From an uncultured Actinomycetota bacterium (GTDB lineage Bacteria > Actinomycetota > Actinomycetes > Propionibacteriales > Nocardioidaceae), in assembly GCA_963843815.1 (NCBI GenBank), contig CAWJLX010000006.1, forward strand, positions 79,834 through 143,833: 64,000 nucleotides of DNA. The letters are read 5' to 3'. Shown piece after piece: positions 37,724-47,560 of the stretch. Each line of letters starts with the position of its first letter. Within the stretch, counting starts at the first letter, position 1. The notes below the pieces were generated by a model. It worked only from the letters and a program-made list of their open reading frames with translations. It made no database searches and had not been told where the DNA came from. The translations under genes and the position numbers were made by a program.

Positions 37724-38854
37724 ATGACCACGACTCTCGAGCCGCCCACGGGCAGCACCCGACGGAGCCGACGACTGGGCGACCACCTCGTCCGGGTCGC
37801 CGAGGCGGCCACGACGCCGTACCTCCCGGCCGACTTCATGGACCTCTTCGCGCCCCTGCGCTCCGGTGCCGACCTGCGTGGTCGCATCGAAGCCGTGCAC
37901 CCCGAGACCGCGGACGCGGCCACGATCGTCATCCGTCCCGGCGCCGACTGGGCGGGCCACGTGCCCGGCCAGTACCTGCGCATCGGCATCGACGTCGACG
38001 GCGTACGCCAGTGGCGCGCCTACTCGCTGACCCACGGCCCGCGCCGCGACGGTCGCATCTCGATCACCGTCAAGGCCGTCCCCGACGGCCTCGTGAGCAA
38101 CCACCTGGTCCACCACGCCCAGCCCGGCACGATGGTGCACCTCGAGCAGGCGGCCGGCGAGTTCGTCCTCCCGCCCGAGGGCGGCAAGTTCCTCATGGTC
38201 ACCGCCGGCTCGGGCATCACGCCGGTGATCGGCATGCTGCGCAACCTCTTCCCGAGCACCGACGACGGCGTGCTCCGGCCGACCCGCAGCGCGCAGCACG
38301 ACATCGTCGTGGTGCACGTCGCGCCGAGCCACCCCGACTCGATCTTCATCCGCGACCTCGAGGCGCTCGACGCCGCCGGCGCGATCACGCTCGTGGCGAG
38401 GTACGACGACGAGCACGGCGTCCTCGCCGTCGACGACCTGGCCGACCTGGTGCCCGACCTGGCGGAGCGCTCGACGCTCGCCTGCGGTCCGGCCGGACTG
38501 CTCGACGCCCTGGCCGCCCACCACGAGGCCGCCGGGATCACCCTCACCACCGAGCAGTTCCGCACCGCCCGCATCGAAGCCGGCGACGGCGGCACGGTCT
38601 CGTTCGCCTCCGGCCCCTCCCTCGACCTCGACGGCGCCACGTCGATCCTGGACGCAGCAGAGGAAGCGGGCGTGCTGATGCCGAGCGGCTGCCGCATGGG
38701 CATCTGCATGGGCTGCGTCCTCCCGCTCCGCGAAGGCAGCGTCCGCGACCTCCGCAACGGCGCCATCACCACTGCAGTGCCGGGCGAGAGCGGCGACGTC
38801 AAGGTGCAGACCTGCATCAACGCCGCGGCCGGCCCCTGCCAGATCGACCACTGA
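37724..38854 (+). CDS. ferredoxin reductase-type FAD/NAD(P)/2Fe-2S oxidoreductase
   Basis: Contains the RAYSL FAD motif, GSGITP, and the C-terminal cluster CRMGICMGC...C. Confidence 0.85.
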   Translation: MTTTLEPPTGSTRRSRRLGDHLVRVAEAATTPYLPADFMDLFAPLRSGADLRGRIEAVHPETADAATIVIRPGADWAGHVPGQYLRIGIDVDGVRQWRAYSLTHGPRRDGRISITVKAVPDGLVSNHLVHHAQPGTMVHLEQAAGEFVLPPEGGKFLMVTAGSGITPVIGMLRNLFPSTDDGVLRPTRSAQHDIVVVHVAPSHPDSIFIRDLEALDAAGAITLVARYDDEHGVLAVDDLADLVPDLAERSTLACGPAGLLDALAAHHEAAGITLTTEQFRTARIEAGDGGTVSFASGPSLDLDGATSILDAAEEAGVLMPSGCRMGICMGCVLPLREGSVRDLRNGAITTAVPGESGDVKVQTCINAAAGPCQIDH

Positions 38855-38897
38855 CCCTCCCTGAGCTCGACCTCCCCCGACACCCCAGGAGATCGCC

Positions 38898-40133
38898 ATG
38901 ACCACCATCCAGAAGAAGTCCGCCCTCCCCGGCCAGGCCAACCCGATCGCGCACCTCACCGAGGCCGACATCGAGCAGATCGGCATCGAGCTCGACGCCA
39001 TCCGCCAGGACGTCCTCGACTCCCGTGGCGCCGGCGACGCGGCCTACATCCGCAAGCTCATCGACCGCCAGCGCAAGATCGAGCTCGGCTCGCGCGCGGT
39101 ACTGCTGTTCAGCGTCTTCCCGCCGGCCTGGGTGCTGGGCACCGCCGGTCTGAGCATCGCCAAGATCCTCGACAACATGGAGATCGGCCACAACATCCTC
39201 CACGGCCAGTGGGACTGGATGCGCGACCCGAAGATCCACTCCAGCACCTGGGAGTGGGACATGGCCTCACCCGCCGCGCAGTGGAAGCACAGCCACAACG
39301 AGGTGCACCACACGTACACCAACGTGGTCGGCAAGGACAACGACCTCGGCTACGGCATCATGCGCGTCGACGAGGACCAGACCTGGGCGCCGTTCCACCT
39401 CGGCCAGCCGATCTGGTGCTTCATCAACGCGGTCTTCTTCGAGTACGGCATCGCTGCCTACGACCTCGACCTCGGCGCCGTCATCAAGAAGAAGCAGACC
39501 AAGGACCCGGACTTCCGCGCCCGCGCCAAGCAGGTGCTCAACAAGATCCGCAAGCAGGCGACCAAGGACTACGTCGTCCACCCGCTCCTGTCGATCCCCA
39601 CCGGATCGTTCGTCCCGACGCTGGCCGCCAACTTCACCGCCAACATCGTGCGCAACCTGTGGTCCAACTCGATCATCCTGTGCGGTCACTTCCCCGAGGG
39701 CGTCGAGACCTTCGAGAAGCGCTCGATCGAGGGTGAGAGCAAGGGCGACTGGTACGTCCGCCAGATGCTCGGCTCGGCCAACATCTCCGGCTCGAAGGCC
39801 CTGCACCTGATGAGCGGCAACCTGTCGCACCAGATCGAGCACCACCTGTTCCCGGACCTGCCGTCCAACCGCTACGCGGAGATCGCGCCCAAGGTGCAGG
39901 CCCTCTTCGAGAAGTACGACCTCACCTACTGCGCGCGCCCCCTGGTCCCGCAGGTCTACTCCGCCTGGCACAAGGTGGTCCGGTTGTCGCTGCCCAACGG
40001 CTGGCTCAAGACCACCACCGTCAAGAACGCTCCGCAGCAGCTCGGCATCCTCTACAAGATGGCCACGGGCGATCGTCGTACGCGTCGGCTGCTCGGCCGC
40101 AAGCTCGAGAGCGAGTCCCGCGCGGCTGCCTGA
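38898..40133 (+). CDS. membrane fatty acyl desaturase (DesA3-like)
   Basis: Contains the His boxes HNILHG, HNEVHH and HQIEHH. The reductase-desaturase order matches mycobacterial Rv3230c-desA3. Confidence 0.85.
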   Translation: MTTIQKKSALPGQANPIAHLTEADIEQIGIELDAIRQDVLDSRGAGDAAYIRKLIDRQRKIELGSRAVLLFSVFPPAWVLGTAGLSIAKILDNMEIGHNILHGQWDWMRDPKIHSSTWEWDMASPAAQWKHSHNEVHHTYTNVVGKDNDLGYGIMRVDEDQTWAPFHLGQPIWCFINAVFFEYGIAAYDLDLGAVIKKKQTKDPDFRARAKQVLNKIRKQATKDYVVHPLLSIPTGSFVPTLAANFTANIVRNLWSNSIILCGHFPEGVETFEKRSIEGESKGDWYVRQMLGSANISGSKALHLMSGNLSHQIEHHLFPDLPSNRYAEIAPKVQALFEKYDLTYCARPLVPQVYSAWHKVVRLSLPNGWLKTTTVKNAPQQLGILYKMATGDRRTRRLLGRKLESESRAAA

Positions 40134-40464
40134 GGCCTGGGTGCCACCCCGTGCAGCTCGGTGGTCTGGACCTCGGTAGATGTACCGATGTATCAGATCG
40201 CGCCCCGGCGCATCCTTGGAGAGGACAAGCACACGCGACCTCGGGGAACAGGGATGGGCACGCACGTGAGGGAAACGGCCGGATGATCCGCTACGGCTCC
40301 ATGGACGAGACCGACTCGCAGCGGCCCTCCGACCCGCCGAGGACGTTGCTGCCGCGCCCGCGCGAGTCCCCCGAGGACGGATCGTCAGCACGGCCCTCCG
40401 CCGCCTGAGGCGACGTCGTTCCTGGTTCGCAACCCAGTGATGATCAAGGCCTGACACTCTTCTC

Positions 40465-40499
40465 CGGGAGACGGGTCGGGTGGTCTGGACCGTCTCCCG
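40465..40499 (+). terminator. hairpin CGGGAGACGG-N15-CCGTCTCCCG
   Basis: A perfect 10-bp stem in a non-coding stretch. There is no T-tract. Confidence 0.35.
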
Positions 40500-40611
40500 A
40501 AGACTTGCCGCAGGCTCCTTCTAGATGCTCGCGCCGCTCGCCTGAGCGCTCCTAGCCTGTGGTGCAGGCGGTCCGTGGGGGATCAGCCATGTGGGGTTGA
40601 GGAGCACGACG

Positions 40612-40848
40612 ATGAAGAGCGAGAGCAGCACCCAAGACTCGGGCCTGGCCGGACGACTCAAGGACCTCGAGCACTTCACGCGTTCGCTCGTCGCGGACGA
40701 ACAGGCCGAGGAGATCGCGACCAACGTGATTCCGCTGGCGCGTGTTCCCGTGCCACGACGCGCGCGCGTGTTCCTGCGCGGTGGTGAGGGGCACGGCGTC
40801 TTCGCCGACCTGACCCTGACGGCTCCGGTCCGTTCCGCCCACGACTGA
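40612..40848 (+). CDS. hypothetical small protein (78 aa)
   Basis: ATG after a GAGGAG RBS, with fairly high GC3. No family was recognised. Confidence 0.4.
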   Translation: MKSESSTQDSGLAGRLKDLEHFTRSLVADEQAEEIATNVIPLARVPVPRRARVFLRGGEGHGVFADLTLTAPVRSAHD

Positions 40849-40926
40849 CGTCCCGTGGCGCATGCCACGCGGTCGCCGTCGCTGCGCCTCCCGAGACCCG
40901 GTGGGTCGCTGACCTAGGGTCACCCG

Positions 40927-42480
40927 GTGGTCTGGCTGGTGGGTGTGCTCCTGCTCCTGTGGATCGCCTGGGGACCCGTCGTCCTCGTCCTCGTCGTGGC
41001 GGCCCTGTGCGTGCCGCGGATCCGGTGGTGGGTGCAGGACCGGACCTACGTCAGTCGCCGCGTGGCCGGATGGGCGGCGGGCGTCGTCGCCGCCCTGCTC
41101 GCCGTGGTCGTCCTGCTGCCCGACGGCTGGCTCCCCATCCCCCCGGCCCCCGGCGCCTGGGCAGGGCCGTCGTACGTCGGTCGCCCCGCGAGCCCGCGTC
41201 CGGTGGTCGCCGCCGAGGTCGCGCCGAATCCCCACCTTGCTGCGGCCGCCCCCTCGGCACGTCCCGGGCCGCTGGGCCTGCAGCCCGAGGTCGAGACGTC
41301 CTGGTTCGGACTCCAGCGCTGCGGTCGCCTCGAGCTCGCCTCGACCGACCTCCTGGTCGCCCGGTGCGCGGACCGGTCCGGCCCGAGCCTCCGGCTGATC
41401 GACCCCGACTCGCTGCGGCCCACGACCAGCCTCGACCTGCCGGACCTGCCCGGCGACTCCCGGTGCGCCGACGACGCCTTCTACCTCGACGACGCCGACC
41501 GCGCCGTGCTGGCGACCACGGACCGTCGCGTGCTCGCAGTGCGCACGAGGTCCGCTGACGGCCGGGCCGAGCTCGACACCGAGACGACCTGGGACCTCAG
41601 GCCGTACGTCCCCTACGGGGACTGCCTCGTCGCCCTGGCCCCGGACTGGTCCGGGCGCATCTGGTGGGCCTCGGAGCAGGGACTGGTCGGCACCATCACC
41701 CCCGAGGGTGCCCCGGACACCGGTCCCGCCGCAGGTTCTGACGCAGGTCCTGATCCCGGCCAGGTCAGGGTCCACGACCTGGGCGAGGACGTCAGGCACG
41801 GTCTCGTCGCCGACGAGGGCGGCGTCTACGTCGTCACCGACGAGGCACTCCACGGGCTCACGGCCGGGCCCGACGGCACGCCACAGGTCTCGTGGCGCAC
41901 GCCCTACGACGGCTCCGACGGCTCGGCTCCCGTCCTGCTCGACGGCGGGGTCGTGGCGATCACCGACCGAGCGGATGCGCAGCTGGGGGTGGTGTTCCTG
42001 GCGCGCGAGGGCGGCCAGGTGATCTGTCGTCAACCCGTCTTCGGCAAGGACGAGGGCGCCACCGACAGCCCGCTCGCCCCGCTCGGCACCGGTGTCGCGG
42101 TGACCAACAACCGGGGCTACTCCTCGCCGCGCAGCACCCTGCTGGGCTTCACGAGCAGCCCCGGCATCGCCCGGGTCGACCTGGTCGACGGGGCGTGCGT
42201 GGAGCGGTGGAGCAGCGACGCGGTCTCACCGAGCTCGGGCGTGACCGCGAGCTGGCCCACCGGGCTGCTCTACGCGTGGACCAAGCGGCCGTCCCTGCTC
42301 GGCGTGAGCGCGTGGTACCTCACGGCCCTCGACGCGGAGACCGGACGCAGCATGTGGAGCGTGCGCACCGGCACCGGACTCCTCGCCGGCAGCCACCACT
42401 CGCAGATCGCGATCGGTCCGGAGGGGTCGGCCTGGATCGGCACCCTGGCCGGACTGGTGCGGGTCCAGGACCGCTCATGA
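40927..42480 (+). CDS. membrane-anchored hypothetical protein, possible beta-propeller ectodomain
   Basis: Two N-terminal TM segments precede about 400 aa of repetitive beta-strand-like sequence with good codon bias. No family was recognised. Confidence 0.55.
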   Translation: MVWLVGVLLLLWIAWGPVVLVLVVAALCVPRIRWWVQDRTYVSRRVAGWAAGVVAALLAVVVLLPDGWLPIPPAPGAWAGPSYVGRPASPRPVVAAEVAPNPHLAAAAPSARPGPLGLQPEVETSWFGLQRCGRLELASTDLLVARCADRSGPSLRLIDPDSLRPTTSLDLPDLPGDSRCADDAFYLDDADRAVLATTDRRVLAVRTRSADGRAELDTETTWDLRPYVPYGDCLVALAPDWSGRIWWASEQGLVGTITPEGAPDTGPAAGSDAGPDPGQVRVHDLGEDVRHGLVADEGGVYVVTDEALHGLTAGPDGTPQVSWRTPYDGSDGSAPVLLDGGVVAITDRADAQLGVVFLAREGGQVICRQPVFGKDEGATDSPLAPLGTGVAVTNNRGYSSPRSTLLGFTSSPGIARVDLVDGACVERWSSDAVSPSSGVTASWPTGLLYAWTKRPSLLGVSAWYLTALDAETGRSMWSVRTGTGLLAGSHHSQIAIGPEGSAWIGTLAGLVRVQDRS

Positions 42481-42482
42481 GG

Positions 42483-42545
42483 GATATCTGAGGACGCGGT
42501 GAACGTGTTCGAGGCCGATCCACGTCCGGGACGTCCTCAGATATC
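42483..42545. terminator. 63-nt hairpin with perfect 14-bp terminal arms GATATCTGAGGACG / CGTCCTCAGATATC
   Basis: Lies between convergent genes. The inner ACGTG/CACGT stem flanks a loop containing TTCGAGGCC. Confidence 0.6.
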
Positions 42546-42556
42546 GAGGCGGGAGC

Positions 42557-43486
42557 TCAGGGAAAGCTGAGACCGACCGTCTCCTCGCTGGTCTCCCACA
42601 GCCGCCGCTGCGCCATCTCGTCGCGCGCCAGCTGCGCCGTGCCGACGATGCGCGGCCGCCCGCTGGACTGCCCCGGCCCGCCCGGCCCGACGTACGTCCC
42701 GCCGGGGAGGTCGGCGGTGGCGGCCATCAGGCTCGGCCAGGCGCCGGCTGCCGCGGTCTGGGAGACCGCCTTGACGGCGGCGTCCAGGATCGCGGCTCCC
42801 CGCTGCTCGATGCCGCGCATCTGACCGTTGACGACCAGGTGCGTGCCCGCGAGCCCGGGGTGGGCTGCCAGCGCCGAGACCGGGAGGCCGGCCCGGCGGA
42901 GCCGACGGTCGAGCTCGAACGTGAAGAGCAGGTTGGCGAGCTTGGTCTGGCCGTAGACGAGCCACCGGCTGTAGCGCCGCCGCCCGCGCGGGTCGCCGAG
43001 CGGTGCGGAGCGCGCCAGCCGGTGCGCCTGCGACGACAGGGTGACCACGCGGCCCTCGCCGGAGGCGACGAGCTGGTCGAGGAGCAGCCCGGTCAGCAGG
43101 AAGGGTCCGAAGTGGTTGGTCGCCATCTGGGACTCCAGCCCGTCCACGGTCGAGCGGTGCGGCGTGGCCATGACCCCGGCGTTGTTGACGAGCAGGTGGA
43201 TCGGTCCGAGCCCCGCGGCGGCCGCGCCCGCGGCGCGGACCGAGGCGAGGTCGGAGAGGTCCACGAGGAGCGTGTCGAGGACGGCGTCCGGCACCTCGGC
43301 GGTGATCGCCTCGGCCGCGGCGTCGAGCTTGGCGGGTGTGCGCCCGGCGAGCGCGACCCGGGCACCGTGTCGGGCCAGCTCGAGTGCGGTGTGGAAGCCG
43401 AGCCCGCCCTGCGTCGGGCCGGTGACCACGGCCGTACGACCGCCCAGGTCGCCGATGTCGTCGGTCGTCCAGGCGGCCTCGCTCAC
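42557..43486 (-). CDS. short-chain dehydrogenase/reductase
   Basis: Contains VVTGPTQGGLGFH and the YGQTKLAN YxxxK motif. Confidence 0.85.
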   Translation of the reverse strand: MSEAAWTTDDIGDLGGRTAVVTGPTQGGLGFHTALELARHGARVALAGRTPAKLDAAAEAITAEVPDAVLDTLLVDLSDLASVRAAGAAAAGLGPIHLLVNNAGVMATPHRSTVDGLESQMATNHFGPFLLTGLLLDQLVASGEGRVVTLSSQAHRLARSAPLGDPRGRRRYSRWLVYGQTKLANLLFTFELDRRLRRAGLPVSALAAHPGLAGTHLVVNGQMRGIEQRGAAILDAAVKAVSQTAAAGAWPSLMAATADLPGGTYVGPGGPGQSSGRPRIVGTAQLARDEMAQRRLWETSEETVGLSFP

Positions 43487-44298
43487 GGGGTCACGCCCAG
43501 AGCGGTGAGGACCCGCTCGCCCAGGTCACGGTCCCCCGACACCTGTACGGCACCGGGCCCGGCCGGCCGGCGCCCCCCGGCGAGCACGATGAAGGTCTCG
43601 CGATCCATGGCCAAGGTCACCGTCGGCTCTCCGTCGTCCGGTGTGCCCACCCGGCCGCGGCCGTCCTCGCCCACGACTGCGGTCGTCGGGTCGTGCCCCG
43701 CGACCTCGAGGCGTACGACACTGCCGACCGGCGCCTGCACCCGCTTGCCGACGACGTAGGGCAGGCTCTCCATGAGGTAGTCGGCGCTGTGCACGGCGGG
43801 CGCGGAGTCCAGGTTGCCGGGCATGTCGAGGGCGCGCCTGATGTCCTGCTCGTGCATCCACACGTCCAGCGGGCGGTTGCGCAGCAGCACTTCGGTGGTC
43901 CAGCCGAGCGCACCGAAGAGACCCGGCGCGGGGGCCGACGGCTCGGTGGGCGGGTCTGCGAGGAGCTGGGTGTGTCGGGCCGTGGTCGACTCGCGGATCT
44001 CGGTGATCAGGTCATCGGGCGACTCCGCGCGCCGGGCGACGACGCCCTGCTCGGTGAACTGGCCCATCATCCCGCGGACGTGCGGTGCCTCGCCGACCTC
44101 GACGTCCTCGTGCTCGCGTCCGGCCAGGAGGGCCTCGAGGTGGGCGACGTGCGCCGTGACGGCGTGGACGTCCCACCCGGGGAGGTCGGTCGCCGTGGAC
44201 CACTGGTCGTCACCGATGTGCTCGAGGAGGTGGGTGAAGGAGTCGACCGCCTCCCACCACAGCGCGACGAGGGCGCTCAACCGCTCCGCTTCAGTCAT
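43483..44298 (-). CDS. DinB/maleylpyruvate-isomerase-like mycothiol-dependent family protein
   Basis: The N-terminal W..A...F..L.......W...T...GW.V..V..H pattern fits the family. The ATG at 44298 is preferred. Confidence 0.65.
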   Translation of the reverse strand: MTEAERLSALVALWWEAVDSFTHLLEHIGDDQWSTATDLPGWDVHAVTAHVAHLEALLAGREHEDVEVGEAPHVRGMMGQFTEQGVVARRAESPDDLITEIRESTTARHTQLLADPPTEPSAPAPGLFGALGWTTEVLLRNRPLDVWMHEQDIRRALDMPGNLDSAPAVHSADYLMESLPYVVGKRVQAPVGSVVRLEVAGHDPTTAVVGEDGRGRVGTPDDGEPTVTLAMDRETFIVLAGGRRPAGPGAVQVSGDRDLGERVLTALGVTP

Positions 44299-44472
44299 GG
44301 GGCAGAGCGTAGGCCCCACCCGGGGACGGGTTCACGTCCCTCGTGCCGTGGCGGCGACGCTTCCAGTCACCCGGAGGGGTGGTGGTTTTCGGGTTCCCGA
44401 CCGCGCAGCCCCTACGCTGCCGGGGACGGTCGGGGCCGGAACCGACCGCGCCACGCACACGAAGGAGTCGTC

Positions 44473-44685
44473 ATGGGTATCGGAATCGGCATCTTGCTGC
44501 TCGTCCTCGGATTGATCCTCCTGTTCGCCATCAAGGAGTTCCCGGCGTCCCTGCAGGACGTCGTCGACCCCACCACCGTCGGCTGGATCCTGGTGATCGT
44601 CGGCGTCCTGGCCCTGGTGCTCGGTCTGGTCATGAACAACCAGCGCTCCCGGACCACCCACGTCGAGGAACGCCGCGAGGTCTGA
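44473..44685 (+). CDS. small two-TM membrane protein (DUF6458-like)
   Basis: GAAGGAG RBS, starting MGIGIGILLLVLGLILLF, with a second TM segment GWILVIVGVLALVLGLV. Confidence 0.65.
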   Translation: MGIGIGILLLVLGLILLFAIKEFPASLQDVVDPTTVGWILVIVGVLALVLGLVMNNQRSRTTHVEERREV

Positions 44686-44689
44686 TCCA

Positions 44690-44719
44690 CGGCCGGCGTC
44701 GTCGTGCGGCGACGCCGGC
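44690..44719 (+). terminator. hairpin GGCCGGCGTCG-N8-CGACGCCGGCC
   Basis: A perfect 11-bp stem 5 nt after the stop codon. Confidence 0.5.
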
Positions 44720-44778
44720 CCAGGCGGATAGCATCGGCCTGCCGGCGCACCCCGCGCCGCGTCGCTCGGGGGTGTGCT

Positions 44779-46041
44779 GTGGTTCGTCGTCTCGTCCAGG
44801 TCCTGACCGCTTTCGCACTCGTCTCCGTGCCTGCGCTGGCGGTGGCGCCGACGGCCTCCGCCAGACCCGTCTACAACGTCAGCGTGCCGACCACGTTCTC
44901 CCCGAACGGGGACGGGGTCCAGGACACGCTGCGCGTGCGCTACACGGTGCCCAGGCCGACGCACGCGCGGCTGAGGGTGACGAGGGCCGGGAAGGGGCGG
45001 GCGCTGCGGACCGTCGACCTCGGTTGGCACAGCCGCGGCACCTACAGGTGGACCTGGGACGGTCGCAACGACCGCGGCCGACTGCTGGGGCAGGGCATGT
45101 ACCTCGTCGAGCTGGTGCTCCCCAACGGCACTGGGGTGGCCGATGATCGGACCAGGATCGACACCACGTTCAAGCCGATGCTCCAGACGCCGACCTACGG
45201 CGCGAGGAACGGCCGGGCCCGCGTGTTCCCTCAGTCGACCGACGTGACCGATGCCGTCGAGCTGACGGCCCGGATCTTCGAGCCGCGGGTGCGCTCGCTG
45301 CGCCTGGTGATCCGCAACGCCGCCGGCAAGGTTGTGCGCAAGGCGGACGTCGACAAGACCCTCGGACACGGTCGTGCGGTCCGGTGGGCCGCGCGCCGTG
45401 CCGGCAAGCCGCTCCGCAAGGGCCGCTACACCGCAGTGGTCAGCGGACGCGACAAGGCCGGCAACCGCGGGCGGTCGGCGCCGCTGAGGATCTGGGTCTC
45501 GGCCGACAAGCTCGTCTGGCAGGAGACCACCACGACGCTGCTGCCGACGGAACACCGGTTCGGGCCGTGCACCTACTCCACGGCCAACGGGTGCGGTGAC
45601 TTCCCCGACTGCGGGGAGGTGGTGCCGAGCGCCCTGTTCACCGGCGGGCTGAGCTACCGCTCGAAGCACTGCGCAGTCCCGGAGTCACCGCAGTCGCGAG
45701 CCAGCTCCATGCACCTGATCGAAGTTCCCGAGGCCACAGGTGTGCGAGGCGTGTCCGCCGTTCGGGTGGCCTTCTCCGGAGCCACCACCACCCTCGGAGA
45801 GCCCGATGTCGGCACGCTGAGCGTCTGGGGGGGATCGCCGGACAGTGACGTCGTGGGCACCAGTGGTCAGTCGGAGTGGGTGCTGGACCCCGCATGGGGA
45901 GAGGGAGACGTAGGAGACCCCGACATCTACTTCCCGCAGCGTGACCCGGGTGCCGCCTGGAGCTTCTCCACCACGGGCACCGACTCGGTGGATGTCGCGT
46001 CGTTCACGGTGGACGTGCGCTACCTCGCCGTGGCGCGCTGA
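44779..46041 (+). CDS. secreted FlgD-Ig-like repeat protein (paralog 1)
   Basis: GTG start with a signal peptide ending ASA. It contains TFSPNGDGVQDTLRVRY...GTYRWTWDGRND...GMYLV, and a C-terminal 4-Cys domain ending FTVDVRYLAV. Confidence 0.65.
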   Translation: MVRRLVQVLTAFALVSVPALAVAPTASARPVYNVSVPTTFSPNGDGVQDTLRVRYTVPRPTHARLRVTRAGKGRALRTVDLGWHSRGTYRWTWDGRNDRGRLLGQGMYLVELVLPNGTGVADDRTRIDTTFKPMLQTPTYGARNGRARVFPQSTDVTDAVELTARIFEPRVRSLRLVIRNAAGKVVRKADVDKTLGHGRAVRWAARRAGKPLRKGRYTAVVSGRDKAGNRGRSAPLRIWVSADKLVWQETTTTLLPTEHRFGPCTYSTANGCGDFPDCGEVVPSALFTGGLSYRSKHCAVPESPQSRASSMHLIEVPEATGVRGVSAVRVAFSGATTTLGEPDVGTLSVWGGSPDSDVVGTSGQSEWVLDPAWGEGDVGDPDIYFPQRDPGAAWSFSTTGTDSVDVASFTVDVRYLAVAR

Positions 46042-46051
46042 CCGCGGGCGA

Positions 46052-46141
46052 CCAGCCGCGGTCCTGCGCGATCCGTGCGGCCTCGCTGCGCGTGGTCGCG
46101 CCGGACCGGAGGAGCGCCGCGACCCTCTGACGGCACCGGTG
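46052..46141 (-). pseudogene. orphan fragment of a LuxR-type HTH C-terminus
   Basis: Positions 46052-46102 encode GATTRSEAARIAQDRGW, identical to the C-terminus of the intact regulator at 47561-48166. The stop codon is lost and there is no receiver domain. Confidence 0.6.
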
Positions 46142-46228
46142 CGCGGGACTGGACGGGTCACCGGACGGCACGCATACTGGCTCGGCCCGGCGCACGCGGC
46201 GCCGCGGTGCTCACCGGGGGTCCTCATC

Positions 46229-47560
46229 GTGCTACGCCGCCTCGTCCTGTCCGTGACCGCGCTCGGCCTGGCCGCGGCATCGGCCCTGGCGCTCCCCGTG
46301 TCGTCGCTCGGCGCGACGCCGGGTGATCTGACCGTCCACGTGCCCAAGGTCTTCTCCCCGAACGGCGACGGCCGCAAGGACGAGGCACGGATCCGCTACG
46401 AGCTGCCGAGGAACGGCCGGGTCACGGTGGTCGTGCTCCAGGGGATTCCCAGCCGGACCGTGAAGGTCGCCAAGCTGGGCTGGCAGAAGCGCGGCGAGCA
46501 CCAGTGGAGCTGGGACGGTCGGGGCAAGGGAGGTCGTCGGGTCGCTGACGGCAGCTACTTCGTCAACGTCGCATTGACCGCGGCCGACGGCACCAGGATC
46601 ACGCCTGCCCGACGCGCGAGGACCCGCGTCGACACGACCTTCAGCGCACGGGTCGAGGCGCGAACGGACTATGCCCTGCCCAGGGGCAAGGTCCTCCCGG
46701 TCTACCCCCGCACCTCGGTGGTGCGTGACTCGGTCAGTCTGCGCCCGCTCCTCCACGAGAAGGCGCGTTGGGCACGTCTCGTCATCAAGGACCGGCGCGG
46801 ACGGACCGTGCTCTCCGAGGACGTCACCGACGCCGACGACCTCACCTACAGCAACGCCGACTACGGCCAGCCACACCCCGACGACGTGGTGTGGACCGCT
46901 CGGCGCCGCGGCAAGGCCCTCCCGCCCGGCCGCTACCGCGCCTTCGTCCGGGGCCGCGACGTCGCCGGCAACATCAACCGCACGGACACGTACCCGCTCC
47001 GGGTGTCGCGCGAGGCACTCGAGTGGCGCGAGGAGACGCGCGCGGTCGGGGCGCAGGGCAGCCGCACCGCTGTGTGCGGCTTCCTCTCCACCGCCAACGG
47101 CTGCGGCGAGGCGCCTGCTGAGTGCGGCGTCGTGGTGGCCAGCGCCCTGCTGGCCGGAGGACTCAGCTACCGCTCCGCCGAGTGCGACCCGGCCCGCCCG
47201 GAGCGCAACACCGCCTCAGCACTGCACTACCTCCCCGTGCCGGAGACCGCCGGGATCCGCGGCGTGGCCGCCGCGCGGGTGTCGTTCGCCGGCCGTCCCA
47301 CGCCGGAGGCGGGGTCCGACCAGGGAACGCTGGCTGTCTGGCGCGAGCAGCGCGGGGCGCCCCAGGTCACCGTGTCCGGCTCCACCGGGGCGACGACTGG
47401 GTGGGTCGACTGCCCACGCGGCTGTCGAGGCATCGTCGTGTCGGAGTACGACGGGCGCTTCGACCCGGGGGTGGTCTGGTCCTTCACCACGCGGGGCACG
47501 AGCTCCGTCGACGTCGCGACGTTCACCGTCGAGGTCCGCTACCTCGCCGTCACGGACTGA
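46229..47560 (+). CDS. secreted FlgD-Ig-like repeat protein (paralog 2)
   Basis: GTG start with a signal peptide. It contains VFSPNGDGRKDEARIRY...HQWSWDGRGK...GSYFV and the same C-terminal 4-Cys domain ending FTVEVRYLAV. Confidence 0.65.
   Translation: MLRRLVLSVTALGLAAASALALPVSSLGATPGDLTVHVPKVFSPNGDGRKDEARIRYELPRNGRVTVVVLQGIPSRTVKVAKLGWQKRGEHQWSWDGRGKGGRRVADGSYFVNVALTAADGTRITPARRARTRVDTTFSARVEARTDYALPRGKVLPVYPRTSVVRDSVSLRPLLHEKARWARLVIKDRRGRTVLSEDVTDADDLTYSNADYGQPHPDDVVWTARRRGKALPPGRYRAFVRGRDVAGNINRTDTYPLRVSREALEWREETRAVGAQGSRTAVCGFLSTANGCGEAPAECGVVVASALLAGGLSYRSAECDPARPERNTASALHYLPVPETAGIRGVAAARVSFAGRPTPEAGSDQGTLAVWREQRGAPQVTVSGSTGATTGWVDCPRGCRGIVVSEYDGRFDPGVVWSFTTRGTSSVDVATFTVEVRYLAVTD

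Noticed and set aside
40151-40408. 85-aa ORF in the 480-nt gap after the desaturase gene
   Set aside because: It has no convincing RBS, a low-complexity Arg/Pro/Ser-rich product, and weak codon bias. I treat the gap as non-coding pending expression data.
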